A stretch of 64,000 bases of DNA from an uncultured Rhodobacterales bacterium (GCA_964588375.1 CAZPPH010000002.1:980-64979); one strand, 5' to 3'. Counted from the stretch's first letter, positions 54,859 through 64,000 are shown. The notes: a model not told the origin generated them from the letters alone. Program-made: numbers and translations.

Positions 54859-57767
54859 GTCAGATCCTCCGGCGACGGCGTTGCCGTCTCGTCCCATTCG
54901 CCGAAGCGGGCGAGCTGATCATAGTCGCCCTCGTAGCCGACCGTCTCCATCGCCCGGCGCGAGGCGAAGCCCCGGTCCGGTTCGAGGTAGGCGGCGACAA
55001 GACGTCGGAATTCGGCAAGAACAGTCCCTGTTTCGAGGCCGTTCTCGCCCGGCTCGCCAGCCTCGTAGGCCCTCACTTCTGGGTTCGAGCCGAGGCCGAT
55101 ATGGGCGACGGAGGTCACCGGCGCCTTCCCGATCCCCGCAAAAGCGCCGGCCTCGACCATGACCGCTTCGAGGTGCAGCTGCCGGTCGAAATGCTGCACC
55201 TCCCTTGGTGTCGGAACCCTCCCGGACTTGTAGTCGAAAACCGCGATCCCCTCAGGCCGCTGGTCGAAGCGGTCCGCTTTGCCGGTGAGGGTGAACTCGG
55301 GGTTGTCCAGAACGAACCTGCCGTCCGCCTCGAATGCGACCGGTGTCCCTGCTTCCTGCCGCGCGTATTCACCTTCGAGAAATGTCCCGGCAATTCGGTC
55401 GAGCCGCGCGCGCCAGAGCGCGCGGGTGACAGGCCAGGGGACAAGCTCGGAAAAGACATCGTCGGCGATTGCGAGAAGAGCAGCACGGTCGGTGCCGCGA
55501 TCGCCGCTCAACCCCGACTTGACGAAGCGCTCCACGATGCGGTGAAGCGCGGTGCCGCGCAGGCGGGGATCGGCAGCGCGAAGCGGAGCAGGCAGAGCTC
55601 GCAGGCCGAGCACGTGCCGGGCGTAAATCGCGTAAGGGTCCCGGATGAGGGTCTGGATCGCGGTGACCGAGAGCTTTCTCGGCCGCACCTCGACCGGGGG
55701 CCGCGGCGCCGGTCGAGGCGCGGGTCGCTCGACCTGCGCCCGCCGGTCGAGCCCCTCGGCCAGACGCACCCAACGGGCACCCCTCTGGCGCATCGCTTTC
55801 AGCGCGTCTTCCCCGCCGCGCACCGCGAGCCCGCCGACAAGCCCCGTCAGGCGGTTCAGCCAGCGTGACGGCACGGTCTCGCCCTCGTCGCTCCGAAGCG
55901 TGCGGCTGAGCCAGATCTCGGGCGAATTGAAGCCCTGCTCGAAATCGTGCGCCGAAAGTCCCGTTCGCCGTTCGGGCGACAGAAGCCCGGCCTCGCGGCG
56001 GAGCGTCCGGTTGAGCCAGGGGTCGGGTTCCGGCGCTGGCGGCCAGACGTCTTCGTTGAGCCCCGCGAGGATGACCAGATCGGCGTCGAGGGCGCGAACC
56101 TCGATCGTGCCGCGGATCATGACGTCGGCATGAGGCAGAACCGGGTCACGCACTTCTTCCTCGAGCACGCCATCGAGAATGCGGCGGAACTCGTGGGGCG
56201 AGACGTTCCCGCCATGGGGGGCCGCACGGGCGAGAGCGTCGATGGCGGCCTTTGCCTTTTCGCCCGGAGCGCCGGCCCAGAGTTCGTCGACAGGGCCGCC
56301 GAGCGGGCCAGCGGCAAGCGCCTCGGTCCGGGTCAGAAGCGCGTCAAGCAGGTCCGCAACCGAAGTGCGGGCGCCCGGAGCGGTGGCGGCCAGCGGCGGG
56401 GCCAGCCAGGCGGCCCAGGCTTCGCGGCTGGCGTGGCCCCTGGCCCATGCCGCAAGAGTTCTGTGCGTCTCGAAGGGAACCCCGCCACGGCGAAGCCAGA
56501 GTTCGAACTCGCGCGTGAGAAGAAGGTGCTGTCCGCGTTCGGCACCGGTGGACACGAGCGGATGCTTGAGGAGAGCCAGCACGGCGTCGGCATCAGCTTC
56601 GCGAGCAAGCAGGTCTGCCACCTGCCGCAGGAGCCGTCCGGGCGCCGAGAGGGCCAGCGGCCGTCCTGCGCTGTCGTCGGGCTCGATTCCCCAGCGCGTG
56701 AGCGCCGCAGAGACCCGGCGGGTGAGCACCCGGTCGGGCGAGACAAGCGCCGCGCGGCGACCCTTCTCCACCGCGTCGCGCAGGCCAAGGGCTATCGCCA
56801 CGGCCTCGGTCCGTGCTCCGGGAGCCTCGACGAGCGTCACTCCCGAGAGCGCTTGTCCGAGGTCGGGCAGCGCACGGCCCTCGATACGCCATTGGTCGGT
56901 TACCGGTGGCGGGCGCAGCGCGAGGGACAGAACCCGGGAGCGGGCGGGATCGGCGGTGGCTCCCGCCCAGACCTCGACAGTGCCGGGCTCCATGCCGAGC
57001 GCTTCGAGTAGCGCCAGGAACCGGTACTGTGGATGGGCCTCGCCGAGAGTCGGCCAGACCGACGCGGGCAGCGCGAAGTCGAAGCCGGGCAGAACGACAT
57101 GACCTCCGGTGGCTCGGGCGACGGCCTCCATGAGAAGACGTGTCGTGCCGCGTGACCCCGTTGAGCCTGCGATGACGACGGGGTCCTTCGGCGGATGCGA
57201 GGTCCAGGCGTCGATCAGAGCGGCGGTCACGGCACGCTGATGGGCTTCGGGTTCCGCTGCACCGCCCGCAAGATCGAGGTAGCGGGCCACAAGTCCGATG
57301 AACTCGAGACTCCGCGCCCAGTGAGCGGAATGCTCGCTGAGGTCGAGATCGCTCAGGGCGCTCACCGCGACCCCTTCTCCGGCCATCTCGCCAACAAGCC
57401 TCAGAAGCGAGCCGGCCATGTCGAACGCGGCGTCGGCGGGGGCGAGCGAAGGGTCACTCTCGAGTAACCGGCGGGTGAGTTGGGTGAGCTCGAGCCTCAG
57501 GGCGAGCGGATCGGATGGTGCCGGAAGCGCCGCCGCCGCGGGCTCGCGCTCCAGGTCCGCGACAGTCCGGATGGAGGGCAGGAGGCCGGGGCCGCGGCGG
57601 GCGATTTCATCGCCGATCGCCACCGCCATGCGGCGGGTGTTGGCATAGATCCTGATCCGGGCGATGTCCTCGGGCGCGCGATCGCCGAAACGGAGAAGGA
57701 ACCCGTCGGCGAAAGCGGCGGGGTAGGGGGCGCCGAGTGGTATGGCGAAAAGGCGGGGGTCAGTCAC
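54855..57767 (-). CDS. addB: Double-strand break repair protein AddB (alphaproteobacterial type)
   Basis: 970 aa upstream of and coupled to addA. C-terminal PD-(D/E)xK-like region (KADRFD...VFDYKSG). Confidence 0.9.
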   Translation of the reverse strand: MTDPRLFAIPLGAPYPAAFADGFLLRFGDRAPEDIARIRIYANTRRMAVAIGDEIARRGPGLLPSIRTVADLEREPAAAALPAPSDPLALRLELTQLTRRLLESDPSLAPADAAFDMAGSLLRLVGEMAGEGVAVSALSDLDLSEHSAHWARSLEFIGLVARYLDLAGGAAEPEAHQRAVTAALIDAWTSHPPKDPVVIAGSTGSRGTTRLLMEAVARATGGHVVLPGFDFALPASVWPTLGEAHPQYRFLALLEALGMEPGTVEVWAGATADPARSRVLSLALRPPPVTDQWRIEGRALPDLGQALSGVTLVEAPGARTEAVAIALGLRDAVEKGRRAALVSPDRVLTRRVSAALTRWGIEPDDSAGRPLALSAPGRLLRQVADLLAREADADAVLALLKHPLVSTGAERGQHLLLTREFELWLRRGGVPFETHRTLAAWARGHASREAWAAWLAPPLAATAPGARTSVADLLDALLTRTEALAAGPLGGPVDELWAGAPGEKAKAAIDALARAAPHGGNVSPHEFRRILDGVLEEEVRDPVLPHADVMIRGTIEVRALDADLVILAGLNEDVWPPAPEPDPWLNRTLRREAGLLSPERRTGLSAHDFEQGFNSPEIWLSRTLRSDEGETVPSRWLNRLTGLVGGLAVRGGEDALKAMRQRGARWVRLAEGLDRRAQVERPAPRPAPRPPVEVRPRKLSVTAIQTLIRDPYAIYARHVLGLRALPAPLRAADPRLRGTALHRIVERFVKSGLSGDRGTDRAALLAIADDVFSELVPWPVTRALWRARLDRIAGTFLEGEYARQEAGTPVAFEADGRFVLDNPEFTLTGKADRFDQRPEGIAVFDYKSGRVPTPREVQHFDRQLHLEAVMVEAGAFAGIGKAPVTSVAHIGLGSNPEVRAYEAGEPGENGLETGTVLAEFRRLVAAYLEPDRGFASRRAMETVGYEGDYDQLARFGEWDETATPSPEDLT

Positions 57768-58431
57768 CGGACGGTTTCCCAGTCATTGCGTTCGCGCGGG
57801 TGAGCGCTTCGGGCGTGCCGACGTCGCACCAGCGTCCCGGGTAGACGACCCCGTGAAGGCGGCCTTCTCCCGCGAGACGGTCCCAGTAGGCATTCAGGGA
57901 AAAGGCCGAACCCGGCATGTCGCGAAGTCCTCCGGTGTCGATGATCTGGGCGCCGGTATAGATCAGGGCACCGCCTCTCGTGAGCTTTCCATCCGGACCG
58001 AGCGCGAAGTCGCCTCCGCCACTGCGCATCTCGGCGCGGTCCGGGGGGACGAGCAGCAGAAGGGCACTCGCGTCACTCTTCCTCCAGGCGTGCCGCAGAA
58101 CAGAGAGCGGATTGGGGCCGATATGCAATGCGTCGGGGTTCAGCGTATAGACAAACTGGCACCCGAGCGCATCGGCTGCGTTCCGAAGCCCGCCGCCGGT
58201 GTCCAGAATATCGGGCGTCTCGCGGGAGACAGCGATATCCCTTCCCGCCACCGCCGCCTCGACCTGTTCGGAGAGGTAATGGGTGTTGACGACCGTCCGC
58301 AGCACTCCGGCTTCGAGGCCGGTTGCGATTGCCCGGTCGAGCAGAGTGATGCCGCCAGCCTCAAGAAGAGGCTTCGGGCATTGCGCCGTAAGCGCCCCCA
58401 TGCGCGTGCCGAACCCGGCGGCGAAGATCAT
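57760..58431 (-). CDS. Nucleotidyltransferase, MurU-like (N-acetylmuramate-1-phosphate uridylyltransferase family)
   Basis: MIFAAGFGTRM sugar-nucleotidyltransferase motif. ATG at 58431 forms an ATGA overlap with the upstream stop. The track start at 58455 is an alternative. Confidence 0.8.
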   Translation of the reverse strand: MIFAAGFGTRMGALTAQCPKPLLEAGGITLLDRAIATGLEAGVLRTVVNTHYLSEQVEAAVAGRDIAVSRETPDILDTGGGLRNAADALGCQFVYTLNPDALHIGPNPLSVLRHAWRKSDASALLLLVPPDRAEMRSGGGDFALGPDGKLTRGGALIYTGAQIIDTGGLRDMPGSAFSLNAYWDRLAGEGRLHGVVYPGRWCDVGTPEALTRANAMTGKPSGD

Positions 58432-59417
58432 CAGGGCGCCGGGGTCGCGTCGCATGGCCGGCTGAAACGGGAGAGACGGGCATCTGTAGGCGCCGGCAGG
58501 CTCTCACGGACGCGACCGGCGAGACCCGCGAGATGAGGGGCCGAGAGCGCCTCTTCGATATGACGCCAGACGCGGGGCACCAGCGCGAGGTAACCCGGCC
58601 GGCCTCCGGCGGCAAGGCGGGCAAAGATGCCGAGGATGCGCAGATTGCGCTGGAGCAGGAGTGTCGCCGCCTCCGCGGTCACCTCGTCAAGTGGCCGTCC
58701 GAGGCGGTCGGCCGTCCGGGCGAGGAGAGCATCGCGAAGATCGGGTGGAACATCGCGGCGTGCGTCCCAGAGAAGCGAGACGACATCGTAGAGTGGCGAG
58801 GCCAGGCGGGCATCCTGGAAGTCGATCAGACCCACGGCGGCGGGGCCGGGCCGGTCTGGCAACCAGAAGAGGTTCTCGGCGTGAAAGTCACGCAACATGA
58901 GCACCGGGCTCACCGGGTCGAAAATGTGCAGCGCGTCCCGCAACTCGCCCTCGAAGAGACAGGCGGCATCGTCGTCTGCGCCCGCCCAGGTGGAAAGTGG
59001 CAAACACGCCTGGCGCGCCATTTCGCCGGGCGAAAAGGCCGTCGGTCCCTCCGGAGGGCGCGCGGCCTGAAGAACGAAGAGGCAGTCGAGCGCGCGGATA
59101 TAGATCTCGCGTTCGAGGTCCGGGTCGGCGCGGATCGCCACGGGATAGAGACTGTTGCCAAGGTCCTCGAGCAGCATCAGGCCGTCCTCCGGGGCGGAGG
59201 CGAACACCCTGGGCGCGGAAAGGTCGAGGCCGCGGAGATGGGTGCCGAGGCTCTCGAACCGGCGCATCTCTTCAGCGGCGCCCTTGGGCGCGATCATCAG
59301 GATTGCGGTTTCACCCTGGCGTACGAGCCGCTCGTACCGGCGCCCCGAGGCATCTCCGGAGAGCGGTTTGCGCTGCGCCTTCTCCCAGCCTGCCGTCGCC
59401 AGAAATGTCTCAGGCAT
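58431..59417 (-). CDS. Aminoglycoside phosphotransferase-fold kinase, AmgK-like (anomeric MurNAc/GlcNAc kinase family)
   Basis: LSGDASGRRYERL N-terminal motif, LRDFHAENLFW catalytic loop and DFQDA metal-binding motif. ATG at 59417 inside track ORF 58431..59696. Confidence 0.75.
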   Translation of the reverse strand: MPETFLATAGWEKAQRKPLSGDASGRRYERLVRQGETAILMIAPKGAAEEMRRFESLGTHLRGLDLSAPRVFASAPEDGLMLLEDLGNSLYPVAIRADPDLEREIYIRALDCLFVLQAARPPEGPTAFSPGEMARQACLPLSTWAGADDDAACLFEGELRDALHIFDPVSPVLMLRDFHAENLFWLPDRPGPAAVGLIDFQDARLASPLYDVVSLLWDARRDVPPDLRDALLARTADRLGRPLDEVTAEAATLLLQRNLRILGIFARLAAGGRPGYLALVPRVWRHIEEALSAPHLAGLAGRVRESLPAPTDARLSRFSRPCDATPAP

Positions 59418-59898
59418 CGGCGGCCGAGATGTCGAATGATCGGGCGATGGTTTCGGACCAGCGGGACGCTGGCCCGCGAGCGATAATGCGCCGGGCATCG
59501 GCTTCTGGCCCGGGCTCGAACGTGAGCCAGAGCGCTTCGGGCGGCGGCGGGTCGAGACGGTCGGGCCATTCGACGAGCGCGATTGCGGTGTCGAACGCCT
59601 CGGAAAGCCCGAGTTCGAGGACTTCCTCGGGGCCGGCGAGCCGGTAGAGGTCGGCGTGCCAGATCTCGCAAACCGGGCCGGGATAGGTCTGGACAATGGT
59701 GTAGGTTGGCGAGGGGATCTCTGCTTCTCCAGTCAGTTCGCCGATCACCGCCCGGGCGAAATGGCTCTTTCCTGCGCCAAGACCGCCTTCGAGACAGAGG
59801 GTGTCACCGGGCCGCAGCGAGGGTGCGAGGCGGCGGGCGAGGGTGGAGGTCGTGTCGGGGCTCGGCGATATGAGGCTCGCCAGTGTCTCACGGGTCAT
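59410..59898 (-). CDS. tsaE: tRNA threonylcarbamoyladenosine biosynthesis ATPase TsaE
   Basis: LEGGLGAGKSHFAR P-loop, SPTYTIV and HADLYRL motifs. Confidence 0.85.
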   Translation of the reverse strand: MTRETLASLISPSPDTTSTLARRLAPSLRPGDTLCLEGGLGAGKSHFARAVIGELTGEAEIPSPTYTIVQTYPGPVCEIWHADLYRLAGPEEVLELGLSEAFDTAIALVEWPDRLDPPPPEALWLTFEPGPEADARRIIARGPASRWSETIARSFDISAADA

Positions 59899-59941
59899 CG
59901 GTGCGAGTTTGCCCCCCGCGTGCCCTCCCCGCAAGCCGGGA

Positions 59942-61507
59942 TCAGGCGCGGCGGCGGAACTTGATCTCGTCGGTGCAGGCCGCGGTGCTCTGGAAGCGGA
60001 TCATGGTCGATCCGCCCGGGAGGGGAACGAAGTGGCCGGTCAGCGGCCGGCCGTCGAGGAGCATGGCGCTCATGCTCCAGGATGCGCGCCGGGCCGAAGA
60101 GCCGAGATAGGCCGCCGCCTCTGTCCACGCCGATGTCGGTGCGGTGCGTTCGATCCAGACCGAAACCACGTCGCGAAGCGTGACCTGTTCGAACCGGGCC
60201 GTGGGGTCTCCGCCCCAGAGATCGGCATAGGCAGCATTCGACATCGTAAGCAGGCCCGCCGGCGAAAATACCGCAACAGCGTCCTCCATGGTGTCCAATA
60301 CGGCTTGCCCCGCTTCGATTTCCGACCTGAAGCGACGGGTCGACGTGATCTCGGCGCTGATGTCCTCGAAGGTGAAGGCGATCGCCCCGTCCGGGTGCGG
60401 ACGGCCGGAAACCCTCAGGGTTTCGCCAGTGGGCAAGGTCCAGGTTTCGGCGAACAGACCCTCGGTAGCGTCCGATTCCAGTTCGGTCATTCGCCGTCGC
60501 CATTCCACGAAGCTGCGCGGTTCGGGCACACGTCCGAGGTCGCGCATCCGGTCGAGAACGCCGAAGAGCGTGGGGTGGGCAGTGAGAAACCCGGGGGGGA
60601 GGCCGGTCAGATCGGACAGCGCCGGGTTGAACATGACAAGACGACGTGCGCGGTCAAATATCGCAAGCCCGGTATCGAGATCCGCAAAGGTGCGCGTGAG
60701 CGTCTGCATGAAGGCGCGAAGCTGGCGCTCGGCACCGACCAGAAGGTCGACGTTGACAGCCGAGCACACCAGATCCTCCCCGGTGTCGTGGACATACACG
60801 TCGAACCAGCTTTGCTCGTCGGCGATTTCGAGCGAAGTGCGCAACGGGCCGCATTTCTCTACAGAACCCGCCACCTCTCCGGCGTCGAACATCGCCGCCA
60901 CCGGCCATCGGTGGGTCGCCTCGGGCCCGCGGAGCCGCCGCAACTCCTCCAGATACCGGCGATTGAACCAGGTTACCGCGCCTTCACGATCCTGCCGCCA
61001 TACGAGCGTCGGCGCGAAGTCGGTGTTGGCGCGCAGGATGTCGATTTCCCGTTCGATCGCGGCGAGATTTTGCGCGTCTATCTCTGCGGGAGGCGGGGTC
61101 ACGTCCTCGTCCACAAGGGTGAGCCTGCGCAGCCCGTCGTGCCATTCCGCTGTCAGCCGGGTGGCTGCGTCGGCGGACGCAAAGGTCTGAACGCCCTCGG
61201 CGGAAAGGTCGTCCAGACGCCCGGCCAGATCGGGAAACTCCGGCGTCAGCAGCGACAGAAGCCTCGTCCAGTCGCTGTCGCCGGATGGCGCGGCGGCGAT
61301 CAATCGTTCGCCCGCCCGTGTTGCGTCGACCAGGCCCGTCCCGTCGAACAGGAAAACAACGCCGTCCCCGGAACCGGGGCGGTGGGCGGCATGACGGGTT
61401 CGCGCGCTTCTCTGCCCGAACCTTGCGGCGGTGAGAAGGGCAAGTGTTGCGGCCGCGACCGACGAGAGGGCGAGCAGCACGGCGAAGCCGGCACCGGACA
61501 TGACCAT
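59942..61507 (-). CDS. Membrane-anchored multi-PAS domain protein without a recognisable output domain
   Basis: N-terminal hydrophobic segment GAGFAVLLALSSVAAATLALL, followed by repeated PAS-like blocks (e.g. GLAIFDRARRLVMFNPA, AVAVFSPAGLLTMSNAAY). I see no H-box or ATPase N/G boxes. Confidence 0.7.
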   Translation of the reverse strand: MVMSGAGFAVLLALSSVAAATLALLTAARFGQRSARTRHAAHRPGSGDGVVFLFDGTGLVDATRAGERLIAAAPSGDSDWTRLLSLLTPEFPDLAGRLDDLSAEGVQTFASADAATRLTAEWHDGLRRLTLVDEDVTPPPAEIDAQNLAAIEREIDILRANTDFAPTLVWRQDREGAVTWFNRRYLEELRRLRGPEATHRWPVAAMFDAGEVAGSVEKCGPLRTSLEIADEQSWFDVYVHDTGEDLVCSAVNVDLLVGAERQLRAFMQTLTRTFADLDTGLAIFDRARRLVMFNPALSDLTGLPPGFLTAHPTLFGVLDRMRDLGRVPEPRSFVEWRRRMTELESDATEGLFAETWTLPTGETLRVSGRPHPDGAIAFTFEDISAEITSTRRFRSEIEAGQAVLDTMEDAVAVFSPAGLLTMSNAAYADLWGGDPTARFEQVTLRDVVSVWIERTAPTSAWTEAAAYLGSSARRASWSMSAMLLDGRPLTGHFVPLPGGSTMIRFQSTAACTDEIKFRRRA

Positions 61508-61561
61508 TGAACACTCCCCAGGCGACCAGAAATGGCCCCGACAGAGTCTTGTCAGTCAAGG

Positions 61562-61576
61562 TTAACAAGCGGTTAA
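61562..61576. promoter_or_regulatory. Perfect CtrA-type motif TTAA-N7-TTAA (TTAACAAGCGGTTAA)
   Basis: Read directly from the sequence, in the 92-bp gap between the regB stop and the start of the PAS protein gene, about 55 nt upstream of that start. Confidence 0.4.
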
Positions 61577-61599
61577 GCCAGGGCGCGCGGGTTGCTCTT

Positions 61600-63003
61600 T
61601 CAGATCTCTATCGCGGCATTCTGGCCAAGCGGGCGGCGGTCGGGCCGAATCTCCACGCCCGGGTCGCTGCGCCTCCAGATGCATTCTATGACCGCTCCAA
61701 AGGGCTGGCCGGGCCGGGACAGCTCGCCGAATGGCTCGCGGGCATTGGCAAAGGTGACCTCTGCTCCGGAGCGTTCGAGCAATGTCTTGGCGATGAAGAG
61801 ACCGAGCCCCATGCCGGAATAACCCGGCCGCTCCGCGCTTTCACCGGATCCGCGGCGCGAGGTCACGAACGGGTCGCCGATGCGTCCGAGAACGTGAGCG
61901 GGGAATCCGGGGCCGTCGTCGGTGATGCGCACGGTGATGGTCTCGCCGGTCCACCGGATTTCTATCCACACAGTGCTCTGGGCGAAGTCGACGGCGTTCT
62001 GAACGAGATTCCTCAGGCCATGGACCACTTCGGGCCGCCGGGCGACAATAGGTTGCGAGGCTGCCGCGCCATGGCTTGGCGCGACATCGTACTGGATCGT
62101 CTTGCCCCGCGCAGCATGGGGCTCGGCCGCTTCTGACACGACCGCCGAGATGGGCGCATGCTTGAGATGCTGGTCTTCCTTGCCGGACTGGCCCATCGAG
62201 GCGAGGATATCCCGGCATCGTTCGGCCTGATCGCGGATGAGTTCCGCGTCGCCCCTGAGGTCGGGGTGGTGTTCGAGTTCGTCCATCAGTTCGGAGCTGA
62301 CCAGCATGATCGTCGCCAGCGGCGTCCCCAGTTCATGCGCGGCGGCGGCGACTACTCCGCCGAGATCGGTCAGCTTCTGCTCCCTGGCCAACGCCATTTG
62401 CGTCGCAGCGAGTGCGTCCGACATCGCATGCACTTCAGCCGAAACCCGCTGGGCGTAGCCTGCGAGAAAGACGACACCGATCAGGATTGCAACCCAGAAC
62501 CCGAAGGCGAAAAGGTCGGGAAGGACGAGGGCCTCGCCCGACGCGGTGACGAGTGGCAGGTTCCAGAGCGCGACGAGCGAGATAAGGGTGATCGCCGTCA
62601 GGCCCAGGATGATTGTCGTGCGCGCGGACAGCGTCGTCGCCGAGATTGTCACCGGAGCGAGGATCAGGAGCGCGAAGGGGTTCTGAAGCCCACCCGTGAG
62701 GAACAGAAGAAAGCAGAGCTGGCTGATGTCGAAAAACAGCATCGATGCCGCTTCGCCCTCGCTCAACCGCTTGTTCTCGGGGTAGACGAAGACCGCGACG
62801 AGGTTCGCGACGATGGCCGCCCCGATGGCCAGAAATGCGAGACCGAGCTCGATCTGCAGGTTGAAACTGCGTGTCGCTACGGTGATTGCGACCAGCTGGC
62901 CGGCAATCGCGATCCAGCGCAGGACGATGAGCGTCCTGAGTCTGACCCAGTTCGAGCGGCTCGGCGGAGCGATCAGATACATCGAGGAGGTAGGGCTGAC
63001 CAT
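61600..63003 (-). CDS. regB: Redox-responsive sensor histidine kinase RegB/PrrB
   Basis: Multi-TM N-terminal half, H-box AAAHELGTPLATI, a conserved Cys context (AERCRDIL) and G-boxes (DDGPGF, GMGLGLF). Divergent from senC-regA as in Rhodobacter. Start chosen at ATG 63003; the track start at 63153 would overlap senC. Confidence 0.85.
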   Translation of the reverse strand: MVSPTSSMYLIAPPSRSNWVRLRTLIVLRWIAIAGQLVAITVATRSFNLQIELGLAFLAIGAAIVANLVAVFVYPENKRLSEGEAASMLFFDISQLCFLLFLTGGLQNPFALLILAPVTISATTLSARTTIILGLTAITLISLVALWNLPLVTASGEALVLPDLFAFGFWVAILIGVVFLAGYAQRVSAEVHAMSDALAATQMALAREQKLTDLGGVVAAAAHELGTPLATIMLVSSELMDELEHHPDLRGDAELIRDQAERCRDILASMGQSGKEDQHLKHAPISAVVSEAAEPHAARGKTIQYDVAPSHGAAASQPIVARRPEVVHGLRNLVQNAVDFAQSTVWIEIRWTGETITVRITDDGPGFPAHVLGRIGDPFVTSRRGSGESAERPGYSGMGLGLFIAKTLLERSGAEVTFANAREPFGELSRPGQPFGAVIECIWRRSDPGVEIRPDRRPLGQNAAIEI

Positions 63004-63091
63004 AGGCTTGCGAACATGTGTCGAGGTGCCCACTTGTAAAGCGCCACGCTCCCGGTGATCAATCACCGGACTTTTCAGGGAGCCTGAAGAC

Positions 63092-63697
63092 ATGACACCC
63101 AAGCTCGCATTTGCCGCCGCCGCCAGCGTGATCGTGGCGCTGGTCGGCGGCACCTATGTCTGGTCGCAGCGGACGGCCGCATTGGATTGCTTGCCGGGCG
63201 GGACCGTTGCGGGTGCCATCGGAGGGCCCTTCACCCTTGTGTCGGAAACCGGTGAGACCGTGACTGACGAAGATGTGATCACGGGGCCGACCCTGATCTA
63301 TTTCGGCTATACGTTCTGCCCCGATGTCTGCCCGCTCGATACCGCACGCAATGCCGAGGCGGTCGATGTGCTCGGCGAGATGGGCCATGAGGTGAAACCG
63401 GTCTTCATTACCGTCGATCCCGCGCGGGACACGCCAGAAGAGCTGTCCTATTTCACCGACAACCTGCACCCCGACATGTTGGGCCTCACGGGCTCCGAAG
63501 AACAGGTGCGCGTGGCCAAGCAGGCCTACCGTGCCTACGGGCAAGCCCAGCAGGGGGACGACGAGTATTATCTCGTCGACCACTCGACGTTCACTTATCT
63601 TGTTCTTCCCGAAACGGGTTTTGCGGATTTCTACAGGCGCGATCTTACGCCCGAGGATATGGCCGAACGGGTCGCGTGCGTCCTTGACAGCGTCTGA
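63092..63697 (+). CDS. senC: SCO1/SenC (PrrC) copper chaperone, thioredoxin fold
   Basis: FGYTFCPDVCP CxxxC motif and the conserved DHS His. N-terminal TM anchor. Confidence 0.9.
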   Translation: MTPKLAFAAAASVIVALVGGTYVWSQRTAALDCLPGGTVAGAIGGPFTLVSETGETVTDEDVITGPTLIYFGYTFCPDVCPLDTARNAEAVDVLGEMGHEVKPVFITVDPARDTPEELSYFTDNLHPDMLGLTGSEEQVRVAKQAYRAYGQAQQGDDEYYLVDHSTFTYLVLPETGFADFYRRDLTPEDMAERVACVLDSV

Positions 63698-63757
63698 GCG
63701 GATTTGACCAGGTGGGGTCTTCGCCCTACCGTCTGGCTCGCAAAACAAAGTGCGAAC

Positions 63758-64000
63758 ATGACGATGAACGATCGGCAGCTGAACGATATCGGACCCGACA
63801 ACACCCTCTTGCTGGTAGATGATGACGAACCGTTCGTGAAGCGGCTCGCCCGGGCGATGGAAAAGCGCGGCTTTGCCGTCGAGACGGCGGAGACCGTCGC
63901 GTCCGGGCGCGCGATGGCGGAGGCCCGCCCGCCAGCCTACGCCGTGATCGACCTGAGGCTCGAGGACGGCAACGGTCTGGACGTTGTCGAGACGGTTCGT
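63758..64000 (+). CDS. regA: Response regulator RegA/PrrA, N-terminal part running off the window
   Basis: MTMNDRQLNDIGPDNTLLLVDDDEPFVKRLARAMEKRGF...IDLRLEDGNG receiver domain, downstream of senC. Confidence 0.9.
   Translation, partial: MTMNDRQLNDIGPDNTLLLVDDDEPFVKRLARAMEKRGFAVETAETVASGRAMAEARPPAYAVIDLRLEDGNGLDVVETVR

Overview
High-GC (mid-60s % by eye, not computed) alphaproteobacterial chromosomal DNA. The divergent regB / senC-regA redox cluster and the alpha-type addAB suggest a Rhodobacteraceae-like organism. I call about 60 densely packed, often translationally coupled housekeeping genes: rimP-nusA, ubiG, hemH, argG, maeB, mutS, hrcA-grpE, rph-rdgB-hemW, parB-parA-rsmG-mnmG-mnmE-rho-hemJ, maf-aroE-coaE-dnaQ, secB, hslVU, trxA, addAB, tsaE and regB-senC-regA. 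I found no rRNA, tRNA, CRISPR array, IS element, integrase, prophage or recognisable defence or accessory island. This looks like an ordinary core, origin-proximal region, and I do not see convincing evidence for a novel multi-gene system. The points most worth a second look are listed here. (1) The 393-bp hemJ/maf gap is a candidate oriC: Caulobacter-like synteny, a strand-orientation switch, an AT-rich tract, a perfect CtrA-type box, an IHF-like site and degenerate DnaA-like boxes. (2) Two perfect 16-bp parS palindromes overlap the start codons of rsmG and mnmG. (3) A second perfect TTAA-N7-TTAA box lies upstream of a PAS-only membrane protein next to regB. (4) An intrinsic terminator sits directly in front of the rimP start codon. 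(5) An unlisted 54-codon ORF has a strong SD and terminator and sits behind an AT-rich palindromic region. (6) An orphan Hpt / REC-PP2C pair has no local partner-switching component. Many long ORFs in the supplied track are antisense shadows of real genes, as is typical of high-GC DNA, and I rejected them. Start codons were chosen by eye from homology-like N-termini and overlaps, and several are uncertain by a few codons.
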